Positions 49,101-61,949 of a DNA stretch of 64,000 bases are shown piece by piece. The stretch spans positions 62,001-126,000 of the forward strand of contig QPGO01000045.1 of assembly GCA_008632985.1 (NCBI GenBank). The letters are read 5' to 3'. The notes beneath the pieces are model-generated. The model was not told where the DNA came from. It saw only the letters and a program-made list of their open reading frames with translations, and made no database searches. How positions within the stretch are numbered: the stretch's first letter is position 1; each line of letters opens with the position of its first letter. A program made the translations under genes and the position numbers. This stretch comes from Psammoneis japonica. Its lineage: Eukaryota.

Positions 49101-51938
49101 TACAATATGGGGTAAGTGACTGGTCGTTGGGACATCGTTGGAGCGTAACGGAGTCCGCTCACATATTTGTCTCTGCGAATTATCACTTTCCCGACAGCAA
49201 CACCTGCTACCTAAATTCTTCGATACAATGCCTGAGCCACACGCCTATCTTCCGTGATTACTTCACTTCGAAGGCATATCTGAGGGATATCAACACCACC
49301 AATCCTCTTGGACACCAGGGACGCATGGCGCAAGTCAGCGCCGTCCTCATTAACTCGTTGTGGAAGAGGTTCAACCAGTCTGTTGTTCATCAGCCGAGAA
49401 GGGTCACCGCTCCTGGCCTATATGCTCCAGTGACTGCACCTGCCATTACCCCAAAGACGTTTAAGGAAGCACTTGGCAAGTTCAACGATCATTTTGCTGG
49501 AAACGAGCAACACGATGCCCAGGAGCTACTCGCCTTTCTCCTCGGAGGTTTGTCGGAAGATCTGAACCGAATCGTGGACAAACCATATATTGAAGCGCCG
49601 GACTCGGACGGCCGTCCGGACAGCGAGCTTGCGGATATCTGGTGGTCAAACCACTTGAAACGAGAAATGTCCATTATTGTTGCTCTGTTCACTGGTCAAT
49701 ACAAGAGCCTCTTGACCTGTCGCTCGTGCAAGTATGAGAGTGCGAGGTTCGAACCTTTCTCTTTCCTCCAACTCCCCTTGCCAGAGGACGACAAGATTCC
49801 TGTCAATTTGGTTCTCTATCCTCTAGCAGATTTGGCCGATACCATGAAGTACACTGTGCGTGTCCGTCACAATGGAAGACTACTTGATGTTCTCATGGCG
49901 TTGGGAAAGCTTTTGCACGATGAGTCCGTGTCGCAAAACGAGGAAGGGGGGACGACGATCGCCAAGAAAGCTGTTGACACAAAGGATCAGAATGATTCAG
50001 AAGACGGCTCTGCCGAGCAGCTTGCGCTCGAAGAAAAATATGCAGGAATAGCACAAAACATGGCCGTCGTTGATATGCGAGAAGGATTCATATTCAAGAT
50101 TGCACCGGTGCGTTCACCATATCTATCGTTTATTCCTATGTTTTTGCCTTGTTTGCCCGTTGCTTACTACTTTCTTTTTCCAAAATCGCTGCAGAATTCA
50201 TGGGCGTTGCCAGATCTGCAGAATAAAGAAACCGGAGAGCTACCGCTTCTTCACGTATATGAATTAGAACCAGTTGTGGAGACGGAGAAAACTCTTGCAG
50301 CGGCGAAGCGTGATTTGCCCTCTAAACCGGAAGTTGATGATTCATTAGACAATGTCAAGCCCATGGAAGTGTCTGAAGAAGAGGGAAGCGACGACGAAAG
50401 CTCATATACTTCTGACGGGACCAATGGAGAGAAGAAAACTACCAAGAACGAGCTCAACGGAGGAACCAAGCTGCAGAGGATGGACTCGTCGTCCTCAGAT
50501 GAAGTTAAATACTCGTTTCTCGCTATTGCGCAGAGAATGACTGAAGTTATTGGTCGCAACCAGCTCCACCCATTTTCGCACAGAGTCTTTGGTACTCCGC
50601 TGTTACTAAGGGTTATCGATTTGGAGGGCTACTCGGGGAGGGACTTGTACGACACCGTTGCGAAACGAGTTCGTAACTTTGTGCCCAAGTCAGCGCTGCG
50701 TTTTCTCGTAGACGACGACGAAGCTCTTCCCAGGGGAGAGGAAAAAGACGAGGGAAAGCAGAGGGGTTGGTCGCGTAATCGGCGTCAGCGAACAAGCTCT
50801 GAGATGGAAATGGTAGCAGCCGGATCTGTCCCTCGCTACGGATTTCGTTTGAGAGTCGTATCTCGGGATGGTCGTCGTTGTGCTCTTTGCCCTTGGTTCG
50901 AGTGTTGCATTGGGTGTCTTATCCCTGACGACGACTCGCCAACGATTGCAGTATGTGGCGATAGTATTGCTATCGACTGGCATTTTGCGGTAGATATTGC
51001 CACGTCTGGGTTTGGGCTTCGTAACCAGGCGGAAGGAACGGCGGTCCCTCCAGCCTTGCGAGCTCGGACTACCTGTGTGGCGGTGAAGAACCACCCTTCA
51101 TGTGATGGCGCAAAGCAGCAAGGATACGCCGGGGCAATCACGCTTGAAGACTGCCTTGATTCCTTTGCTAAGGAAGAGCGAATCCCTGAGGTACGTTGGT
51201 TTTGGTAATTTTTATGATGGTGATAGCTACTTTCCGTTGTGTGCTGATTCGTCGTTTTATCTGGTGTTCTTTGCTATTCTCTAGGCATACTGCTCGAGTT
51301 GCAAAGACTTTCGTGTGCAGACGAAGCGCATGAGCTTGTGGCGACTTCCCCCGGTTGTCATTATCCATCTGAAGCGCTTCCAGTTCACGCAGCACATGAG
51401 AAGGAAGCTCCGCGACCTAGTGGTGTTCCCCGTTGAAGGTCTGGATTTGTCACGCATTGTAGCATCGGATTCAGATCAGTCCGCTGAAATGATGGACGCT
51501 AATGGTGATAGTAGTCATGCCATGGACGAAGCAACGGAATCAACTGACGCGGAAACTGCGGACGAGACTGATGAAGGTTCATCCTCGATGCCTGCCATGT
51601 CACCCGCCTCCAAAAACGCCGGTAGATCCATCATGCTTTACGACTTGTATGGAGTCGTTCATCATCAGGGAGCACTATCTGGTGGCCACTATGTCGCCTC
51701 CCTGAAGTCAGAGTTGGACGGTCAGTGGCGGCTCTTCAACGACGCTCAAGTGTACGAGATTCACAGCCGAGATGTGGTTGACTCTTCCGCGTACATCTTG
51801 TTTTATATCCGACGCGATGTTGCCAAGTCGAACCTCCAGGATTACTGGGATATTAGTGCGCGAGAAGGAGAGGGCCTTACGGAAGAAGAGGTGGAAAAAT
51901 TAATCAAGGGTCGATCGGAGCGATGCGTGATTAGTTAG
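46128..51938 (+). CDS. Ubiquitin-specific protease, USP32/USP15-like (EF-hand-like region, DUSP, split USP domain); introns ~48379-48463, 49112-49197, 50108-50193, 51191-51284; apparent 1-nt frameshifts near 46270, 48010 and 48150
   Basis: Cys box 'GLYNMG|NTCYLNSSIQCL', 'QHDAQELL', 'IIHLKRF', His box 'HHQGALSGGHYVA', 'AYILFY'. DUSP 'WYVIDDLW...GKINN'. Confidence 0.9.
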
Positions 51939-52036
51939 GTTGTTCACGGCACAGTCACGATTGATGTAAAATTAAGAACATTTTCTTCAAAGTTACACTC
52001 TAGCAACAAGGATGAGGACTCATCATAACCATAAGT

Positions 52037-53023
52037 CTAATCTTTCATAAAGAGTTGCGGGTTCCCGAGAACAAAGTAAAACATCAAGTCGGGCGAATCC
52101 TTGATTCTTCTTGTTGAGAGAAGATGCGTCCATACATACGGATGAACATTAGCTTCCGTCAAGAGTCTCCTGCCGGCCAAGTTTAATCTAGTGTAGAACA
52201 GCTTTTCCTGTTGGAGGGATGGGTTCAGCAGCGTGCCCAGAAGAAGAGATGTGACGACACTGTTTTGTCGAAGTCCATCTTGAACGAGTGCACGCTGGCC
52301 GTCCTTGCCAAATCGATTTTCGCACAACATGAGTTGCTTGAGGGTTCGATTGAACTTGAGATTGTTTGCCAGAACCTTGGCACCCTCATCGCCAATTCTA
52401 TTTCCGTTCAGAGCGAGTTCTGTCATCGACTTGTTTTGTGCAATACCCTCTGCAATGCCCGTGATACCCTCATCACCCACTTCACACCACGCCAAGTAAA
52501 ACACTTTGAGCGTTCTTGTTGCTTTGAAAGCATTTCCAAAAGCCACTGCACCGTCGTTTCCAATGGGATTATTGCTTAGGTACAACACTTCAAGACAAGA
52601 AGCGTCTCTTTCCAAGCTTCTGGCAAGGGCCATCGCACCGGCATTGTTAATCTCGTTATCGGTAAGAACAAGCTTCTTGAGTCCCGTCTGGCCCACCAGC
52701 GAGAGTGCATCAGTAGCAGCATCTTCATCTTCTCCGATGCGATTATCACGAAGCCCAACCTTCTCTACAGAAGTTCCATAATGTATGAGCGTATTGAATA
52801 AGGCAGTTGCACCCACAGCGCTAATGTCGTTGGAGCACAAAATCAGACTCTTGACGCGACTATTGGTTCTCAGGGCTCGCGATAGAGCAACCACGCCGTT
52901 GTCGCCCATTTTCTTCCCTGTGTCATAACCTGCCAACTTCAACTCTTCTGGCAAGGATGCATCATTCTGGGATATTCTCTCACACAAGCGGCTTAGCGAC
53001 GGAGAGATACGGGTGGACGCCAT
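52037..53023 (-). CDS. RNI-like leucine-rich repeat protein (NLRC3/LRRC74-like)
   Basis: 28-aa repeats of the form 'LxxLxLxxNxIGxxGAxALA' throughout. Confidence 0.88.
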   Translation of the reverse strand: MASTRISPSLSRLCERISQNDASLPEELKLAGYDTGKKMGDNGVVALSRALRTNSRVKSLILCSNDISAVGATALFNTLIHYGTSVEKVGLRDNRIGEDEDAATDALSLVGQTGLKKLVLTDNEINNAGAMALARSLERDASCLEVLYLSNNPIGNDGAVAFGNAFKATRTLKVFYLAWCEVGDEGITGIAEGIAQNKSMTELALNGNRIGDEGAKVLANNLKFNRTLKQLMLCENRFGKDGQRALVQDGLRQNSVVTSLLLGTLLNPSLQQEKLFYTRLNLAGRRLLTEANVHPYVWTHLLSTRRIKDSPDLMFYFVLGNPQLFMKD

Positions 53024-53289
53024 TGTGCACCGCCGCTGCGGTAAAGGCTCGAGCGTTTTCTGGTTGTTGTTGTTTTTTTTTTTTGCAGAATGGCTTTTCG
53101 CGATATCATACGTCTGTCACGAGCGAGTTCCAGTCCCGAGTAATGGCACGTCATGTTTGCTGCAAGGGAAAACGCTGGTGCATTATCCCTTGTTTGTTGG
53201 CTCCATCGCTGCTCTACTAGAGTGCCTACATCGAGAGGAGGTGCCTCTTTGATGTAATGTTTAGCTCTTGTGGGATAAAAGCTAGCATC

Positions 53290-56200
53290 ACCTTTGAGTG
53301 AGGACACAGCAAGGATCCCGCATCCCATGTCATCTTGCTTGGAGCAAGAAAACAGATGATCGATGTTGTTGTTCTTCTGCATCTTGATCTCTTGGCCCCT
53401 GTTGTTGCTGTTGTCATTGCAACCTTTGACACAGCAGTGATGCTTCCTCTTCTTAGTTGGTCAAGCATTGGTCATGTTGTTGGGGTGGTGGATGTGTCAG
53501 AGAGTGCCTGCCATCACCATTTTGGTTGGTTGTCATTTTGGGCAAGTCAGCACGGTTCGCTGCTGTTGTGCGCTCTGACTGGCTTGACCCACCACGCTTG
53601 CATCCATTGTTTTTGAGAAGCAATGACAGCTTGTTGGTGGTCTCCCAAACATGCTTGCAGATGGTTAACATCTTGAGCAGTGACACTTTCTGTTGCTCAA
53701 TGCCGTCAAAGTTTGAGGCCGATTGGATCTTGTTTGACCCCATCATCATCCTGCTGGGCTGCCAAGCTTGCAAACCCTTCCTTCCTGAACACAGGTGAGA
53801 TTTTGTGTCCTCAACGATCCCCACATGTTTGAACTCCTCCTTTGTTGCCATGCCTTTGGGTGTGCTTGGCATTTTGTCTGCTGCTTCTGTGCCCCACAAT
53901 GTCAGTTCTTGGTGTTGCATTGTCTGCATCTGCCACACTGCTTCCTCTGCACCACCCTTGTCAGTTGGCACTGCATTGTCTCAAGCACTCCCATTGACAG
54001 CTGCACCTGCCATTTTCTCCACACTGCCCAAGTTGGTCAGCATCACACCATCTTTAGTGCTCCCATCAAGTGCCCCATGTTTGAGCACTCCTCCCATCAA
54101 GAGCTGAATCTTGAGCTCTCCTGTCCAGAGCTGTGCTCCATGTGTTTTGCTCAGCTTTCACAAGTGGACAAGCACATTTTACTTTGTTGCAAAACAAAAG
54201 ACCCAGATCCCATGGCTTTGGTGGCTCTCCTGGTGACATCTGTGTTCACCCGGCAGATTCGCCACAATTCTCCAGCAATTCAAGAAAGTTGTGTCAGACT
54301 CAGGCACAGGGAGGTGCTCACCAGAAGCTTGAATCAGCTGGATGAGAATGTCATCTCACAGGGTGTCATTTCTATCACAGTCACAATGGCAGCTCCTCTC
54401 TCTTTTCTGGTTCTTTGTCAGAGATCAAAAAGCACCTGCACAGCCATTCCTTGAAACAGCAACTGGCTCAGATGCCTTGGCTCTGTCATGCCATGAGTGC
54501 AAATTGCTCTGTCTTCCCCAAGCTTTGACACTTCATTGTTTTTGCACATTGCCATGCATTCTGCTGCTGGAAATTCATCTGTTGTGAAGGATGAAGCACA
54601 GGTGGTTTTTGTCAATGCAAGCATCTTGTGGCAAATGATGGCACACACTCTGTCACTGTGTTTTGCAATGGTCAGCTTTGCCACATCTGGAGTTCCTTCA
54701 TCTGTCACATGCCAGAGGCCCCAGCTGCACAAGTGCTGTCCAGCATGAACATGCACCACATTTTCTGCAAAATTTGTGACATCAGTCAGGAGCACATGTT
54801 TGTAAAAGTGCTTTTCTCACCTTTTCCACTCCCACTCACACAAGTCAGTGAAGCAAGTGCATGTGCAACTTCTGCAACAACTTTCATTTGAACATTGGAT
54901 TCACAATGATGTGTTCCATCTCAGACACTTGAACTTGCTTTGTCCATTGAAAGTGAGGCCATGACAGACACCATGCAAAGATGATGTCAAAAGTGATGTG
55001 AACTTGATGCTTCTGACAACCCGCTCAAAAATGTGCAGGGGTTGCCACATTTTCTGCAGTCTTGTGTGGACGCAACACTTCCATGTGCATTGCACTGGTT
55101 TGAGGCTGCTGGCCCATGTTGTTGCACATAAATTCATGCATCTCTCTGATGTGTCTTTGTCATGCAATGAACCAGACATGGACTCATGCGTGCAAGGGAC
55201 CCACAAGAGATGATCTCTTGCCAAGTCCAGATCCAACTCCTCTTTGCATCTGACAGAAATGGAAGAGTTTGGCTTTACAAACCATGCTTTTGCCAACTCC
55301 TTTAGCAGCAAAAAATGAACAAGGCAGAGAGGAGTTGCATCCCTCTGCAGCAGGCCCATCAACCACACTTGTGTCCTCATCTGGCAGACATCTCCAAATG
55401 TTTTCAAATGTCAGTGGCCACTTGTGAAGACGTCCGGTCTTGGTCTTTTACACAGCATTGCATGTGTCAGGCACAGGACAGAATCTTTGTTTTTGATGGC
55501 ACTGCCACCCAATTTGCTGATCTCAGTTGCCAAAGCCTCGTGCAGTTCCAGATCTGGCAGGTTTTTGATGCTTTGCCAGAAGGTCTGATGCAGCTGCTTT
55601 CAGGCCACAACCTGTGAGCCCCCTGGGATGTGCTCCACAACTGAGCATCAGTGCTGCCAACAACACACATGTTTTTGGGTGTTGTGCCCCACTGAGCACT
55701 GGGTGATTGGGAATGTGTTCTTTGTTTGTTTGAGAAAATGGGGGCACCTCCCCAGTTTTGAAAGAGGACTTTGTCAAGAAGCTCTCTCAACGCCAGGTTT
55801 TTGACCTGTGTGCATTCTAAACAAATGAATCTGCAGCTCACTGCATGTGGCAATTTTGATGTTTTTCACCATCACATCAGCAAGTTCTCCACTCAATTTT
55901 TTGCTTCGTCCAGCAGCATGCATGACAAAGTCAGAGTTGCCTGAGACCACAAATTGTGCATCCCCGTCTGCTGTCATCTTGTGGCAGTTCATGGATCTGC
56001 TTGAGTTGATCTGTGTTGACGATGGTGCTCCCCTTTCCAGCTGAATCACGTTCTTCAACATTTTTTTCCGGCTTTGCAGAGAAGTCAGATGGCAGTTGAT
56101 GATGCTTCGCGCAGCTCTCATGACTCTGAATCTTCTTTTGTGTCTCACTGATTCTGGTGGCATGCTCAATCATGTTGCATTGTTGTGCAAGGAGTGACCA

Positions 56201-56610
56201 CAATTCTGCTCTCACAGCAATGAGTTCAATGTTCATCTTCTTGACATCAGCCATGTCAATCAATGGCTCATGGCGGGCACGAACATTGTGCACTGTGCTG
56301 CTGCGCCACACATCTGAGGCAAGCAACATGTGAGGCTTGCAGCAGGAAACAACAATCACAAACTCTCACATGTAAAAAAAAGAGCTTTTTTGTTGACACT
56401 GCTGCCAGACAAGACCTCCAAGGTCATGCGCAATCAAGAGTGTGCCTTGAAAAACGACGATCTCTTCCCACGTCATGCCTGTGGTAAAAAGAGAAGAGCG
56501 AGGACTCCAGAAGTTTGGAGAAACAGGTCACAACTCAGCCATGTCTGAGCTGAAGCATGACCAATCGTGCACGCATTTGCAGCCAAGAAGGTTGGCATCA
56601 ATGACTCCTT
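53290..56610 (-). mobile_element. Hypermutated element with remnants of an XPG/Exo1-type nuclease and a possible SWIM-like Cys/His motif
   Basis: Minus strand: 'TQADP' ... 'FVVSGNSDFVMH' (XPG-I-like, ~55920-56010) and 'LMLSCGAHPRGLTGCGLKAA' (H3TH-like, ~55590-55660). 'ECMAMCK...ICTHG' lies at ~54490-54570. Confidence 0.5.
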
Positions 56611-56837
56611 TTAATTGTGAAGGGAGCTAGAATGTGCTTTGAAGTCGACACTTGCATTGACGGTGGCGCTTGCTGCGCGTTGCCGGTTATTGCCGTGTGC
56701 CGTTCGTCGACGGTCATTGCAGCAGACCGCTCGTCTACATACTTTTCTACGTAATTTTTGTACCGGTGTGCCCCGCCCCCGCCCCGCCGCCCCCACTCTC
56801 AAATCTTCTGTGAACGCGAGAACACCTTCATCACATC

Positions 56838-58779
56838 ATGATCCAACGATCAACGATGATCTTCAACTCGACCGCCATGCGCCACCTGGCAGCGATAGGG
56901 TGTTCTGCCCAACATCGATGCATGATGAGGGCGGGGAAAGGTGTAGCCAAAGCTAGCACTCGACGGGCGTCAGTATCCAAATGCAGGTCCTTCAACGGAA
57001 CTCGTTCCTTTTCGTCCTCTGCTTCTCATCAACCCGCACGAGGTATCTTGTGTCAAACCTACACCGCTGCTGCAGGAGGAACGTCCAGGCAGGACATGGC
57101 AGCCTTGGGAGCATTTGTTGCATCGCTGCTGGTGATGGGTGGATCGAGCGCCTGTGCAAAAATGGACGGCAGACACGAGGAAGATACCACAAGCTTGGAG
57201 GAATTGCAACGGATGGAGTGGGACAACTTCATGTTGAAGAGCACCGTCCCTGGAGAGGATGATGAAGACGATGAAGAGGATGAGGATGATAAAGACGATG
57301 ACGAGGAGGAGGAGGAACAAGAAGAGGACAGGGACGGAGAGGGCGAAGGAGGAACTGAGAGCAGTGATAAAGAGGAGTCACTAAAGGCCTGGCTCACGGA
57401 GATGATGGTCTCGGCAGATGCGTACTCTGCTGACACGCTTCTAGAATCTTTCCTCTTTGAAATGGACAAGGGGCTTGCCGCCGATACAAAATCATCGCTT
57501 GCAATGATTCCGGCTTACGTCAATGCTCAAGGGAACCTCCCAACGAACGATTCGGTAGCGGTGATCGATGCCGGTGGCACCAATCTTCGAATTTGCATCG
57601 CCAAAACCGACGAAATCGGCAGACTCACCGTGGAATCCCTACTTTCTGATGTAATGCCAGGCAAGATTGAGGAGATTTCCGCCGATCAATTTTATTCGGT
57701 TTTGGTTAATGCCTTGAAAGATCGAGCCGACGAATTCACCAAGATTGGGTTCTGCTTCTCGTATCCTGCCGAGATATCTCCTGACTACGATGGCATGCTG
57801 ACTCATTGGACCAAGGAGGTACGTGTCGGTTCGCGATGTGCGAAAAGTGTACGACTCTTTCGTGGATCTATTCTCGTCAGTATCAACTCACGCGCATCTT
57901 CTCCCCTCCTTTTTCATACAGATCAAGATACCTGAACTAGTTGGTTCTTACGTCGGTAAGGGCCTCATTAAAGCATTTGAGGGCATGGGCATCAGAGATA
58001 AAAAAGTTGTCGTACTAAATGACACCGTGGCTTGTCTTTTGGCTGGCATGGAGAAGGGACAGACCTTCAATGCCTCTTCCTACATTGGTTTCATTTTGGG
58101 GACCGGTACGAATACTGCATACGTCGAGAATAACGCCAATATTACGAAGACACCGGAGCTTCAAAATCTCACCATGGGAACGCAGGTAATCAACGTGGAA
58201 TCTGGCGGCTTTGCTACCTTTGAACGCGGACCGTTGGATCATAAGCTGGACAAGGACAGCGAAAATACTGGTTCGCATACATTTGAGAAGTGCATCTCGG
58301 GTGAGTATATTGGAAAGATTACACTGGGACTTCTCAAGTCGTTGGCGTCCAATGGCAATGTTTTCTCAGATGCCGGAGCGGAGGCGATCAAGAATATGTC
58401 TGAGCTTAAAAACGCGCATGTGAGCAACTTTGCCCGGGGTGACGACAACGTCGGCAAGCTCGAGAGTGATGCCTTTAGTGAGGACGACAAGAGCGCCATA
58501 CGCACAGTCTTCAACTCGGTTGTTGATCGCGCCGCGCTCTTAACCGCGGTCAATCTCCTTGCTGCTGTTGTGAAGAGTGGTGAAGGCAAGGATCCTGATC
58601 GCCCTATTTGTATCAATATTGATGGAACGACTTATTATAAAACCTACCAACTTAAGGAAAAGGTCCAGGAACATCTTGACAAGATGATGAAGGAGAGAGG
58701 GCTACATATCAAATGTATTCATGTGGATGATGCGCCCTTAGTAGGAGCTGCCATCGCGGGATTGATGACTTATCTCTAG
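56838..58779 (+). CDS. Hexokinase with N-terminal presequence-like, hydrophobic and acidic extension; 2 exons (intron 57819-57921)
   Basis: 'IDAGGTNLR', 'IGFCFSYP', 'WTKE|IK', 'LNDTVA', 'FILGTGTN', 'INVESG', 'FEKCISGEY', 'IDGT'. Confidence 0.92.
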
Positions 58780-59769
58780 AGAGTCAGCATCAACGGCAAT
58801 AACGATGGTGTTTCATATATTTTAGTATTTACTGATGGAATCTCATCAGATATATTTTAAAAATTACATTCAATGCACTAACAAATAACAATTGAATTCA
58901 ATCTATCTGATAATCATCAGAAGATGTATCAGGTTGGTGTCATCGCTTAAAAGGTAAGTAGCCATTTGACAACCAATGCGGTGCTGTACAACGAACATCT
59001 GGCCTAGGCTGAAGTTCCACATCCTCTCTCAAACCCCTTGCAAATAAACTTGAGAGCAGCACACAACCCACCTGCATGTGGGGCAAGGTCACCATTCCAC
59101 TTCATTTCATGGCATTGATGTCTGCGTGTGCCGGCAACACAATGCCAGAAGAAGAAGAGCCAGCCATCATCTGTGCCTGGATCTTGGCATTCACTTTCGT
59201 CTTGTCCCTCGGCAAGTCAAGTTTGTGCTTGTGGATGACAAATCTCACAATTGTCAATGAAGGTTGGAAGCAGTTTGGATCAAATGATTGTCAAGGACAC
59301 TGAAAATGACATGTCTTTGCTTCCCATTTGGTGAGGACTGAGCTTTCAGTGTGGGCTGGGCACCAGAGCCGTCTTGTGTCACAACAGGTTTGATGATGAA
59401 GGCTGTGAAAGGAGCACTCAAAGAACCTTTGGGGGACAGAACCCAAAACTTAACTAGCCCACAACTTGCAAAGAACAACAGTTGGTTGGTTCCTGACTGT
59501 CACATCCATTGAAGTTCTTTTGGTGATGTCTGACAAGGGATGCCTTTTTGCTCGGGACAAAAAGCGCAAAAATCTCTCAAAATTTGTCAAACGCACAGTT
59601 GCTCATGCACCAAACTTGCCCCATCAACTCACAATCATCTTCTTCTTAATGCTTGGATGCTCAAACTCAGTGCCTGTGCTGTGATGGATGCAGTGTCTTG
59701 TTGAGAAGACAAAGGATTGAATGGAGAGCGATGCCCCAGGCACACTTGTGCCAAGTTCTGAGAGAACTG

Positions 59770-60650
59770 TGCAGTGCCCTCTGCAAAATGCCCATGATGC
59801 CATCATCACCCACTTCACACCACACCAAGCAAAAAACTTTGTTGAGCACTCTTGCTTGCAGCTTTGAAAGCATTTCCAAAAGCCACTGCACTGTGGGGTT
59901 GCTGCTTGGGTGCAACACTTCAAGACAAGCAATGTTTCTTTCCAAGCTTCTGGTGGCAAGGGCCATTGCACTGGCATTGTTGTCAATTTTTTCATTGTCA
60001 GGGAGAACAAGCTTCTTGAGTCTCGTCTGGCCCACCAGCAAGAGTGTGAGAGTGCACCACCACCAGCATTTTTTATCTCATCCAGTGCAATTGTCATGAA
60101 GCCCAAGAACCTTCTCTGCAGCAGTTTTGAAATGGGTGAGTGTGTTGAATGAGTCAGTGTCACACCCACAGCACTGGTGTTGTTGGAGCACAAAATCAGA
60201 CTCTTGATGTGACTTTGTGTTTTCAGGGCTTGCAAAAGGGCAACCATGCCATTGTTGCCCATCTTCTTGCCCATGTGATGTCCTGCCAACTTCAGCTCTT
60301 CTGGCAAGCATGTGCCTTTTTGGGACAATCTCTCACACAAGTGGCTCAGCAACAGAGAGATGTGGGTGGACGTCATTGTGCACTGGTGTGATGGCTGTGC
60401 ATTTTCTTTTGTTTGCAGAGTGTTTTAATGATCCATCCATCACAATTCCAGTCCCAAGTGCATCAAGTTTGCCAGCTCAATCACAACTCTGGAGTGCCCA
60501 CATTGAGAGAAGGTGCCTCTTTGATGTTGCAGTCAGCTCTTGTGGGGCAAAAGCTGGTGTCACCTGCAAGTGATGACACAACAAGGATCCTGTGGCATCT
60601 TGGAAAATGTGGATGATCAATGTTGTGCATCTTGAGATCTCAGTCCTGCT
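59770..60650 (-). pseudogene. Hypermutated partial copy of the LRR gene (52037-53023) and its upstream region
   Basis: Aligns with ~52440-53400 (e.g. GCTTTGAAAGCATTTCCAAAAGCCACTGCA, TTGGAGCACAAAATCAGACTCTTGA). It carries frameshifts and CG/TA->TG/CA changes. Confidence 0.92.
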
Positions 60651-60849
60651 GAATGACTTGAGCCCTTCTGTGCTCCTTTTCTGGCTGCCTTCTCCAGCCA
60701 ACCAAATTTTGGACAAAAGCACTGTTGCACTGACTGCCAGTGCTCAAAATGGGGCAGTGTTCACTTCTAAAAGCAGTTCTAAAACCAACCATGGAAACTG
60801 CAGCCAGAGCTTGGTTCATGTTCATTGACCAAAAAACAAATGCATGTTT

Positions 60850-61110
60850 TTTTAATTGAAGCTGGGCCAATGTGCTGCCAGCTTTCCTTCTTGAACATCA
60901 ACGGCGACCATTTGACAATCGCTTGCATCAGTGCAGATGGTGTGGAAAGGGAGGTTGTGAGTGGGACAGTTCAACAGAGTTTTGGCTGACATTGCAGCCT
61001 TCATTTCATCCAGCGCTTGTTGCTCACATGAACACACACAGTTCTTTCAGACTCTCACAACTGCTCATCTGGGAATCCAGGCCCACCAAGGAAGTGGCTC
61101 AAATGCTCCA
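60850..61110 (-). mobile_element. Degenerate Gypsy RT-connection/RNase H fragment
   Basis: 'EQQALDEMKAAMSAKTLLNCPTHNLPFHTICTDASDCQMVAV..QEGK' matches the consensus 'LxYPDFxxPFxIYTDASDYQLGAV' with Tyr->Cys changes. Confidence 0.75.
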
Positions 61111-61949
61111 CTCGCGATTCAAGCTGCACAATGTGCGTGTCACCAAATCCTTCTCTTTCTTTTCCCATTTCTTTTCCTTTTCTGCTCATTTGTTCACACA
61201 TGCCACTGCTCTTGCTCTCAATTCTCTTTTTCCCCATTTTGTCAATTTGTTTCTCATCCAGCTCTGATGGACGGCTGCAGCCACAGTGCAAGCCAAAGCT
61301 CAGACAAGAGTGTTGATTTAACAAAACATTGTGTCAGCACACCAAAGGTGGGGAGTCGAGGTGCTTCAGTGATCACCTTTCAGCAATTTCCCATTCCCAA
61401 TGGCTGCTTTCATCTGGTGTCCAATTGGTTGTGATGTGTTGCAAACGGCGTGCAGGCACCAGAACACTCCAAACAGCATCCAATGACTTTCAAAGGCTTC
61501 GGGATTTCACAACAATTGCTGTGACAACAAAAACAAAACATGCCAAATTTGCGCTGTCTTGGTCATTTTTGGTTTGGATGCCATTGACTCCTGGCCAATC
61601 AATTGGCCATTTTTCTGTTTCAAGGTCATTTTTTTAAACTCATTTGAATGACTGTCGATTTTGTCTTTCAATTGTTTGCCTTCATCTGTGAATGCAATGT
61701 GTCACTTCTTTTCCATTGAGCAATGGATTTTTGGATCTTGTGCTTTTTGCACAAATGATCGCTTGCTTTCAAACCAGGGGTCATGCACAAACAACTCAAC
61801 CCCCTTTGCAAGGGCCATCACATGATGAAACCCAGATTGTTGCCACATTGTTGAAAATCCATGTCTGACAATTAAAGTCTTCAGCTGCAGTGCCTTGCAC
61901 GCACAGTCCTTTGCAGCAGGAGCAGCCAGAGAGGAGCCTTCTTGGAGCC

